From Octopus sinensis (lineage: Eukaryota): a DNA stretch of 64,000 bases. The stretch spans positions 40,808,464 through 40,872,463 of the forward strand of contig NC_043011.1 of NCBI RefSeq assembly GCF_006345805.1, given 5' to 3'. Made by a program: the position numbers and the translations under genes. Shown here in pieces: positions 53,232 through 64,000 of the stretch (position 1 is its first letter; every line of letters begins with the position of its first letter). A model generated the notes under the pieces. That model saw nothing but the letters and a program-made list of their open reading frames with translations. It made no database searches and was not told the DNA's origin.

Positions 53232-53993
53232 TACATACATAGATATATATATAGATATATATATAATATACTACAGACATATAGATATATATATATAGAT
53301 ATATATATATGTACATACATACATATATATAGATATATACATACATATATATATATATGGACATACATACATATATAGATATATACATACATACATACTA
53401 CATATACATATACATACATATAATATATATATATATATATTATATATATTATATATATAATTATATTATACATTTACATATATACACGGCTCGATAAAAT
53501 AAGTACCAGTTGAAGACTGAGATACATATGATGGCCTGTCCCCTTCCTACAAAATTTCAAGTCCTACTGGAGCTTTTTAACTATTATTATTGTAACGACA
53601 AAATAAACACTAACACGCCTGGATAGAAGTATGGTTCAGTTTTGGAATACTTAGAACGTAGCGCCATAAGCCGCCCGTTTCAGAAGAGAACGAATTCAGG
53701 AATTGTCAAAACTTGTGCGAAAACTTGAAAGGGGTAGCGTCACAAAAGATACAAGGAAGGATCCTTTACACGTATTTTTGTGGGAATCCTAACACCGAGC
53801 CAAAATTGCGGCCATGCTGGAGCTGACCGTCTTAACTGATTCAGCCAAATAAATCGACCCCAGTACTTATATTTTTTGTTTTGTATTTTCCAGTCTCGTA
53901 TTTATTTTATACACGTTTTTGACGAACTGCTAAGTTACGGAGACGAAAACTGGCAAACGCCTGTTATCAAGCGGTGTTGGGGAACTAAAACAA

Positions 53994-54057
<64 letters not shown>

Positions 54058-54489
54058 TTGTGTGTGTGTGTGTGTGTATGTATATATGCATGTATGAATG
54101 TATGTATCTATACGTGTGTCCGTGCTTTTTGTGTTTGCCCAGGTTAATAAAATAAAGCATCAGTGAAATACTGAGGTGAATGACATCAACTAATCCCCTC
54201 CCCTCAAAATTGGTGGTCTTCTGCTCAAATCAGAAAGCAATATTGCCAATACAGTAAAGCTGATGTCATAACAGAATCGCTTGAGTATCGAGAAAAATGT
54301 CCTATCGTCCTGAGCTACGGTGCTTTACATTCTGAGTTCAAAAGTTGCGGAGGGCGAAAGCGTATTTCGTTATTTCGGGGCCAAAAAAAACAAAATACCA
54401 GTCAAATACCGATTGTGTCCTCCCTTAAATTACTGAACTTTTGCTTCTCTTACAAATCAATATTATCATTACCTTTTTTTTCCTAAGAC

Positions 54490-54690
54490 GTCGAGCTGGC
54501 AGAATCATTAGCACGCTAGAGGAAATGCGTCGCAGTATTTCGTCCGTCGCTCCGTTCTGAGTTCAAATTCCGTCGAGGTCGATTTTGCATTTCATCCTTT
54601 CGGAGTCGATAAATTAAATACGAGTTCAAGACTGGGGTCAATGTAATCGACTAGTCTCCTCCCCAGATTTGCTACCCATGTGGGAAAATT
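54490..54690 (+). mobile_element. SINE type A with tail 2
   Basis: GAGCTGGCAGAATCATTAGCACG...GTTCTGAGTTCAAATTCC. Confidence 0.8.
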
Positions 54691-56877
54691 TAAAACCCTT
54701 ATTACCTTTTACTCCCTTCAGTCATAAGACTGTGTGCTTCGTGGGGCACCGCCATATGATTGTTAAATTTATTTTTTCGTTGTCGTTGTAAGTACTTTTG
54801 TTGCTCATCTAGCCTCAGGCCTATTCTGTTCAAAGTTATATATACCTATGATCAAAGACGTTCTAGCTGCGACCAACCTGACTTCGTTTGCCAGTTTAGT
54901 GTATCTAAAATTTCGCTTTTCAGTAAGGACTTGATTCTGATTTAAAGGCAGCAACTTGGCTGCTATTCCTAAAATTTCGAGAAGCCATATTGCACAGACT
55001 TTTAAAAAATTTTTGTCAGCTCAGAACCCCACCCCAAAAAAGAAAAAACGTAATAACAATAATATTTGGCACTCCTATGAGAACCGAACCAATACAATTA
55101 TTTCATCACGCCCACTACTTTACCAATTACTCCATAGACCTCATTCGTCGACGTCATTTTTATTGTTGTTATTGGTCTTATTGTAGTAGTAGTAGTTAGT
55201 TGTTGTTATTGTTATTGATGTGTTATTGTTTAATGCCGTCTCTTAGTAATTGAGATAAGATTTACTAATTGACCTCAATTAGTTAATTGTTGATGTCTTA
55301 TTTAGATTGCAGTCAGTGCGAAGGCAAACAAATCAAAGCAAACATCAAAACAAAAAGAGAACAACAACCGTGTACTCCATCAGGGATCATACAAAGTGGC
55401 TGCTCTTTAATCTCGTCGTCATCTGCCTTCTTCATCTTGGTCGCCATTTTATTTCTGATTCTTCCCTCTTTACTAGTTCTTTACGTGCTCTACTTTCTCA
55501 CTATCTTTCACTTCTTCCTACTCCTTCCTAGTCTTTTCTATTCCTTTTCATGTTTATTTTGTTATAGAACAGAGAATTATAAAACAAAATGACAATAACA
55601 GAATCAAAAACAAAACGTACAACAACTACGATAAAATCTGTTTCTTAAAGACAAGCAGAGACATAAAACATAACAGTGAGTGTGTGTGTGTGTGTGTGTA
55701 TGTGTGTATGTATGTATGTATGTATGTATGTATGTATGTATGCATGCATGTATGCATGCATGTATGTATGTATGTATGTATGTATGTATGTATGTATGTA
55801 TGTATGCATGTAAGTATGTATGTATAAATGCTTGCGGATAAAAATGAAGCAAAACTGCAAAAATTACATACAAAAATAAATAATGAATTGGCAATACATT
55901 ATAAGTAATAGAAATAGAAATATTGTGAAAGACTATAAGATGTGCGTGGTTACGAGATTGTTTATTTTGACACAATACAATATTTTATCATTCTTTGTTT
56001 ATACTAACGGCAGCTGAATTGAATGTAACTGGAGCACTTTATCGACTAAAATATTATATGCTTATATATGTATGTGTGTGTATACATGTATGCGTGTGTG
56101 TGTGTGTATGTATAAACACACATACACACACATATAGACGCACATTTATGTATATAAACATATATATATATACACACAAATGCATGCACACGCACAAACA
56201 CAAACACACACACACACACATATGTATATATATATATACACATACGCACATACTTGCGTGTGCATGTATGCATGTATATATGTATGTATGTATATATATA
56301 TAATTTAAAGAAAACGGAAAATGGAGATAACATTGATGAACAACTATTCATCTGCATCAAGTATTATTTATTAATAATTTACAAAAAGACTGCATCCCAT
56401 CTAACAGCTGTTTCTGTTGCCAAAGTCCCTTGGAAAAGACATTATGATGAAGCTCCATCATTCAAATCGGTTTTATTACCAGCAATGATAAATATTCTCT
56501 TAGCATCATAATGGGACACCTATCCAAGATGACACCTATCCGTCCATTGTAAATCATGTTGTGATCTTCATTTATACGGCATTGGAACCAGGTAACCGGC
56601 CTTACGAGGCTTAGGGTACGAGGGAAAATATATGGTTATATCTAGAGATTTATACATTACATTACACACATATATACAGGTGTGTGTGCCTGTGCGTGCG
56701 TGTGGGATGTCCATTATAATATATTATTTTGCAGCGGAGTGAAAATCTATCAAATCTGTTTTGACTTATTCTTGCTATGGACACTTGTCCCCAAGTAAAA
56801 TATAATTCGTGTGGATCCAGCTTTTATTTGAATTCAGAACACTGGGTTACTAGGACTAAAGAAGACTGCAAGAAATA

Positions 56878-57295
56878 TATTCTTTTCTACTCTAGGCACA
56901 TGGCCCGACATTTTGGGGGAGGAGGCCAGTCGATTAGATCGACCACAGTAAGCAAATGGTACTTAATTCATCGACCCCGAAAGAATGAAAGGCAAATCGA
57001 CCTCTGCAGAATTTGAACTAAGAAGACAGACGGAATACCGCTAAACATTTCGCCTGGCGAAATATATATATCTTTATTGCCCACAAGGGGCTAAACACAG
57101 ACGGGACAAACAAAGACAGACAAAGGCACTAAGTCGATTACATCGAATCAAGTGCGTAACTGGTACTTAATTTATCGACCCCGAAAGGATGAAAGGCAAA
57201 GTCGACCCCGGCGTAATTTGAACTCAGAACGTAGCGGCAGACGAAATACTGCTAAGCATTTCGCCCGGAGTGCTAACGTTTCTGCCAGCTCGCTG
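56878..57295 (-). mobile_element. Composite SINE type A (tail 1 unit then tail 2 unit)
   Basis: Same order as 30899-31325 in reverse complement. Confidence 0.8.
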
Positions 57296-59578
57296 CAGGA
57301 AATATATTACAGCTCTTCACTCATTTTTGTGCCAAACAGCTATGATACTGGATTACTTTTTTTTGGTGGGGGGGGGGGGTCTTTGTTTCGTTACTCATTT
57401 ATCGAAAGAAAAAGCTAAACTACGCAAATTACTTTGCAGAAGTCTTTATTTACTATAACTTACCTTTCACATATATCAACACCACCATCACTATCATCAT
57501 CCCTATCATCCGATCATCACAATCATCTCATCATATTAGTATTAGCATCATTCATTTTGGATTTGATAATTACACTCCTTGAAAAACATATAGTATTCTA
57601 TTTTATATTTATTGTCAAATTGTTTGGTTTTTCTTTGTCGGTAAGAAATTAAATTAATTAATTACTCATTATTACATACATCAAGATTAACTGGAGGCAA
57701 CACTTAAGATGTTGAAGTAGGAAAATATGGAAACAAGACAAAAATACATATAAAATTTGAAGGAAAATCAACAACAAAATTCTCATATACTTGTAAGCAC
57801 ACATTTACATATTCATAGGCGTGCGCGCTACACACACACAAACACACACACACAACACACCACACACACACACACACACAGAAATAAAAACATGTATGTA
57901 TATATATATGAGTTTGAAATCTGCTGACGTCAGCGTTGCTGTTCATAATTCCCGAGGCGATGAAATGAAGAAATAAATATTAAATTATTAACAGATATAT
58001 ACACGAGAGGCATCATAAGAATCAACTAAAGTGTATGAAGACATCGTGATTTATTATATGTATATATGTATGTATATATGTTTGTATGTATGTATGTATG
58101 TATGTATGTATGTATGTATGTATGTATGTATGTATGTATGTATGTATGTATGTATGTATGTATCTATCTATCTATCTATATCTATCAGTCTATCTCTTTT
58201 TGTGTGTATATATATATATATATATAATGCGTGTGTGTGTGTGTAACCATGATGTGACGGTGATTTGAAGAACTAGCTTTATTTGCAATGGTTTTCGAAT
58301 ATATTCTTATTGAAGTTCGTCAGACCGAGCAGGGTGTCAAGGATGCATATAAATACAAATATGTAAGCATAATTTCTTCTATACAGAAATTATTACCATT
58401 CGTAGAGGGCTGAGAAACGGCCGTGACCCCCAGGACGTAATTAGGTTAAACAAATATATTCATTTCTCATTCCACCTGGCTTTCATGGGGTATACATATA
58501 TATACATGCATTCATATATACTTACATACATAAGCATACATATACACACGCATATATATATTCATTTGTTATGTGCAACTGAAGCACTATTTGTTCAAAA
58601 TAGCTATCTGTGTCATACACTTAAGAAAGATATAACATGGAGAGGTTAATTTACTGCGCTACTTGTCATGGGATACTATCTCTTTTAGACTACAGTGTTC
58701 AGTAACAAAAACATACATCAGTAGCAGACGATACTTGCTTCTGACGAAGCATAAAAAGGCAGAAATATGCATTCAGCAATACCACCAGCGTTGGTGGCCG
58801 AATTTTTGTTATTTAATACTGTATATCTATAAGCGATACTATGTATTTCAGGACTAAAACTACAGTTAGTTACGCTTTTCACGATATACATACATACATA
58901 CATACATACATACATACAAACAGACACGCGCACATACACACACACACACACATACACGCATACACACACATATATATGTATATAATGTATATATATATAT
59001 TATAGATATTATATATATATAATATATATACATGCAGACATATTATATATATATATATATACATATATATATAATATAATACATATAATATATAATATAA
59101 TACATATAATTATATATTTCTAATATATAATAAATATATATAATAAACATATATACATGATATATATAAATATATATGTATAATATTATATATATATATA
59201 TTAATTATTATACATATATTATATATATATATATGGTATAATATAATACAATATATATATAAATTATATACATATATATACATATTATATATATAACAAT
59301 ATATCACATATATGAATATATGCATACATACATACATACATACATACATGCATATGTATGTACATATAACTATATATGTAGGGCTCGGCATGAGGTACAA
59401 TTGGAGGCAGCGGTGTCAAAATCCCTCATACATCAAATGAGCCATAACGAGGGCAAAATCACACGCAGGAGTAGTGATGTGAAACCCCCACCGCCCTGAA
59501 AAAAAAAATCAACGAATAAAAATCACACGTAAAAGTGCAATATCATGACCGCAGGCCGCATGCCGGCAACAAATAAAA

Positions 59579-59630
<52 letters not shown>

Positions 59631-59959
59631 CACTCTTTTTTTCCATCCTTGTACTTAGCGTGAAGCTAATACATTCCATGTTTACGTTCTTTTGACGTTT
59701 GTTGTTTTGTTATTTTTAAGTTTTCATTTGACTACAAATATATATTGTTGGATTTACCTGTCATGCATGAGGATTTACTGGGATTTGCATGCTACTTACA
59801 TTTACTGGTATCTGATTGTTGGTAATTTGAACTTATTCTTTTATACTGAGTGAGTACATTAATGATGTCTGCTAGGATTTTTATATCCTAGTTTTCTACC
59901 TATCCATCCATCTATCTATCTATCTATCTATCTATATATATGTATATATATAAATATAC

Positions 59960-60007
<48 letters not shown>

Positions 60008-60030
60008 TGGTGTGATCAATAGTCTGACTA

Positions 60031-60248
60031 CTTTCACATATATCAACACCACCACCACTATCATCACCACACACATATAAAATTTGAAGGAAAATCAACA
60101 AAATTCTCATATACTTGTAAGCACACATTTACATATTCATTTACAAAAAGACTTCATCCCATTTAACAGCTGTAACGTATGTAACAATGGCGTATAAATG
60201 AAGATCACAACATGATTTACAATGGACGGATAGGTGTCATCTAACAGC
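60031..60248. repeat. Patchwork of four short locally templated segments
   Basis: Copies of 57464-57499, 57746-57816, 56377-56411 (direct) and 56527-56584 (inverted). Confidence 0.85.
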
Positions 60249-60449
60249 AATAACGAAGCTAAATCACGTAGAATGCCGCTTGGCACAGATTAACCTTTTA
60301 GGCCATCTTGGAAACGGCTGAACCACTCGTACACTCGTGTGCTGCTCATACACTCCTATCCATGCTCCTTCTGCGACTTTTAGTAGGCCCCTGAGCAGGT
60401 ATCTCCATGACAACTATCTCTGTCATAGTCAATTCTATGATCAGTTTAC

Positions 60450-60598
60450 TTCCAAGCACTTCCGTAAACAGCGGAAGTGAGCCAGAACGTTAAAACGTAG
60501 TGTGCATGCACAGCAGAGTTCAAGGTCAATCTGTGCCAAGAGGCTTTAGCTTCGTTACTATGGCCAGAGTCTGGATACTTATAGATCAGACCTCGTAT
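60450..60598 (-). mobile_element. Mariner-type terminal fragment
   Basis: Minus strand begins TACGAGGTCTGATCTATAAGTATCCAG, similar to the TIR at 2901-2932. Confidence 0.5.
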
Positions 60599-60601
60599 AT
60601 A

Positions 60602-60634
<33 letters not shown>

Positions 60635-60705
60635 GCATACATATATACATACATATATACATACATACATACATACATACATACATACATACATACATAC
60701 ATACA

Positions 60706-60741
<36 letters not shown>

Positions 60742-61167
60742 TATCAGAGACCAAAGTGTACGTATGTCGTTATATGTGAGCATGAAGAGAATGCAAGGAA
60801 ATGTGAGAGAGGGGAAACGAAAGAACGAAGAGTGGAATGAACGAAGTAAGCGTGAAATGACTGATAGAAAGAAGGAAAGAGTAATAGAAAGAAGAGAGTT
60901 GTGCATGATTTAGATAAATATATACTTACATATAAGAGACCAAAGTGTACGTATGCCGCTTTGTTTTGTATATAAAAAATACAAAATGGGCAAGAACGCG
61001 AAGCATCAAGATAGACGATACAAAGAAAACAAGGACCGGTCATTCGGAGTTTTCTTTCCGCAGTCGAGTTCCAGATTATCGTTGCAATTTCGGCTGGTTA
61101 TACTTGAGATTGCTCAAATCTGGCCAGCCCCAAAGAAAACTAAGCTAAGAGCATTAGATTCCTTAGA

Positions 61168-61198
<31 letters not shown>

Positions 61199-61205
61199 TA
61201 TATAG

Positions 61206-61409
61206 GGTAGAAAACTCAGAGAGTTTTTCTACCAGTGGCGAGCATGCATAAAATAGTCAATAGACAACATATTTTTCATATAAAATTAGTGCACATTTAT
61301 ACACAAAAGAGGTGACCCTAACAGGACACCATACGTGCTAAAAGGGAACTTTGACTGCCCTTTTTAGCATGTAAGGTATCTTGTTAGGGTCACCTCTTTT
61401 GTGTATAAA
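61206..61409. mobile_element. Element with two hairpins (61206-61233; 51-bp arms 61296-61346 and 61358-61409)
   Basis: Direct reverse-complement matches. Confidence 0.55.
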
Positions 61410-62234
61410 CACACGCACACATATTATGCATCCTCCTACGCCTTCTTTTATACTCATCTGCTTTAATGAACCCTTTCTAATTCTTCGATTTTACTCTTGG
61501 CATATTTGGATATCGGACCTCATAGGTACAAATCTTTAAGTATTATTGAAACGATTATTTATATTATCATATGATTTTTAAATTTATTACCTAATAATAC
61601 GCGTCTAGCCATTTCTTTAACTGTCAACACCCCACCCTGGTCCTCTTTGGCTCCCATTTGTATTTACATCCTTTTCTTAAAATTCAACTGAGGCCGTCTC
61701 GCCTTTGCACGTTTCGATGATCTTTTAACATCTTGACAACTAGACATTCTGGCAGACACGCTTTTAGCTGGAGACCTCTCAACCTTTCTTGTCTTTTCTC
61801 CTAATTGCTTTATTGTTCTTTGATATATGAATCTAACACACATCCTGTAGGCTTCTTACACTCTACTGCTTCGCTTTATTGCCTTTTGAACGACTGACTG
61901 GAATATCGTTGTTTCAGTTAAACTTCCGTCTCTCTCATCTATATATTTACCTTTCTTCTTTCTTTCGACTTTTTTCTTCCCTTGACCTATACACCCCTCC
62001 ATCAACTCCTACTCTCACTTCTTCCACTCTTTTGAACTCATCCTTACTTTTCTACTTCGTTCTCTCTATTGCCCACTCTTCTACGCTTTTTCGTTTGTCT
62101 TGATGGGACACTGTATTTATATTGAATACATTCCACTGTTTAAATTCTATATTTTCGCCCGATGATGGGGTAAGTGATACTAAATTTGCGTTATTTCATA
62201 TACACTCGCGAACACTAATTTACTTCATGTATAC

Positions 62235-62324
<90 letters not shown>

Positions 62325-62367
62325 CCACGTAAGAGTGGCTGTGTGGTAAGTAGCTTGCTTTCCAGCC

Positions 62368-63391
62368 GTTAAATTTATCTCACGGGGAGTCAAATATGCA
62401 ACGGTCTGGTTGCTATTTGACTGCCCACAAGAAGCTTGCGACTTTGTAAGCCAGCCCCTTGAGGGCAAAGAAATCTTGTTTCTCCCAAACTATATGGGAG
62501 AAAAATTATTGAGGGCTTGGATCTGCGGCCTACCACCCGGAGTTGAGCCCGAATGGATAGAGGACTCTATCCGCCGGGGTCTGGGTGAGAGCAGTGCCAA
62601 GTTGCTAAATGTAAAAGTGTTGCCTGCGGCTGATTGGGAGGGGTCGAAAGCTGTTTTGACCCTATGGACCCAATCAGCCGAAAGTCTGGTTTTTCCAGAT
62701 TTCTTGAGGTGGCCGGGTCCAGGTATCCGGTGATGCTTGAGGGACGCCTCCCAAGTGTCACCTGTGCCTGGAGACCGGCCACATTAAGAAGAACTGCCCC
62801 AGGGACCAAAGTAGGATCCTGGAGCAGTTAATGGTGGAATCTCTCCCTGCTCCCCCAATGGAGGGAGAGAAACAGAACGAGGAAATTGCTACATCCTCAA
62901 AAAAGAAAAGAAAGATGGGCAACAATGTTGACCTACCGAAAGACCCGGGAGCTGCGGGAGAAAAAGAGGACCCGTTGTGTGCAACACAGGAACCTCACCC
63001 TCCCGCAGCCCAGGGGAAAAAAGGAAATAAAAGAAGAAAGAGAAACGGGACGCCGGCGGCGGATTGTAACACGCAGAGGGCGTCTCCCAAGCCTCCTCAG
63101 GCGGGTGTGCCGCCGGAGAATCAATATGTGGTCCTCTTCCACAAAGGAAGAACGCTTGAAAACGAGATAGGTAAAATGAGAAGGAGAGGCCAATGGGAGG
63201 GACTTCGGTCCTGCACGGAGGACCTCGAGTGACCTTCGCAGGTGGCTGCGGAGGTCCTATGGGATAGCGATCTGTGCAGGATCGTGAATTCCTTCCCGGA
63301 GGACTCCTTTCAATTTATACCTGTATGGTACGGCCTGACAAAGAATGATTGCCTCAATGAAGCAAGAGCGCTGGTCGGCCGGGTGACTTGA
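62368..63391 (+). pseudogene. Gag-like ORF1 with CCHC zinc knuckle
   Basis: VKFISRGVKY...RAWICGLPPGV...YPVMLEGR; CHLCLETGHIKKNC (62756-62797, Cx2Cx4Hx4C); two frameshifts and an in-frame TGA at 63230-63232. Confidence 0.75.
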
Positions 63392-63653
63392 ACTTTTGAA
63401 TGTTTTAAAAAGAAAAATTGTATCATATTGAGAAAGAGGTTCATTGCCTCATTGTGACATTTTTGTGAAATTTTGTGACTTTTTGAATTTTTTGAAAAAA
63501 GAACATTGTCTTAGAGAAGTGGAAGTCGGCGGGCGCTTTCGTCTTCTCCCATCACCATCTTTGTTCCATCACCATCATTCATACCATCAATGTCTACGTC
63601 CAGCCCGCAAAGCTACATCTGTGTAATGCCCCTGTGGAAAATTAAATAAAATA
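62368..63653 (+). mobile_element. ORF1-only (HAL1-like) non-autonomous retroelement of probable Tx1/L1 origin, 5' truncated
   Basis: 20-bp TSD (62348-62367 and 63654-63673, 2 mismatches), gag-like ORF to 63391, about 260-bp 3' UTR, AATAAA tail, no endonuclease or RT. Confidence 0.75.
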
Positions 63654-64000
63654 AAGTAGCTTGCTTACCAACCACATGGTTCCGGGTTCAGTCCCACTGC
63701 GTGGCACCCTGGGCAAGTATCTTCTACTATAGCCTCGGGCCGACCAAAGACTTGTGAGTGGATTTGGAAGAGGTAATGCAGTACGATCGTTTCAAGCGAC
63801 TCCATTTAATTGAACACTGCAACCATTTCATCAATTTAAATGCAGAGCAATCCTCAGCTGCATAAATACATAGAACTTGATCCGGTTTGCGTAGTAACCA
63901 GTCTGAATCTATTATATGCTTTTAAAGTATTCTTAACTCCTCTCTCTCTCTCTCACTTTATTTTTCCTTTACTTGTTTAGACTGCAGCCATGCTGGGACA

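Larger units (their letters stand above)
62330..63760 (+). mobile_element. SINE type B split by a 1.29-kb insertion
   Basis: Head GAGTGGCTGTGTGGTAAGTAGCTTGC (about 62335-62367) resumes at 63654 with ...CATGGTTCCGGGTTCAGTCCC. Confidence 0.85.

Noticed and set aside
53591-53744. Possible solo LTR (TGTAACG...CGTCACA)
   Set aside because: Very short, no target-site duplication (ATTAT versus AAAGA) and no second copy or internal sequence.

Overview
AT-rich, microsatellite-saturated metazoan DNA, very likely an octopus (cephalopod) intergenic or intronic region. This is inferred from the tRNA-derived SINE families and the extreme (TA)n/(CATA)n/(TATC)n/(TAA)n load. No intact host gene is supported; almost all ORFs in the track are translations of simple repeats. 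Recognisable coding remnants are all transposon-derived: R4/Dong-type RLE LINEs (largest 41226-43693, flanked by (TAA)n), Tx1/L1-clade ORF2 3' ends next to (TATC)n, mariner transposase relics, and a Tx1-type ORF1-only element (62368-63653) with a 20-bp target-site duplication inside a SINE head. At least four tRNA-SINE types occur in many copies. Less obvious structure: (1) several fold-back elements carrying type I hammerhead-ribozyme motifs typical of Penelope-like elements, including core variants such as a compensatory G3:C8 swap; (2) three local templated-copy events (a 428-bp inverted copy, a four-piece patchwork, a LINE piece inside a 127-bp duplication); (3) a 3'-terminal motif shared by the Tx1 LINE, the ORF1-only element and one SINE. 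A 100-N assembly gap lies at 22169-22268. All alignments and folds were done by eye; boundaries are approximate unless junctions are stated.
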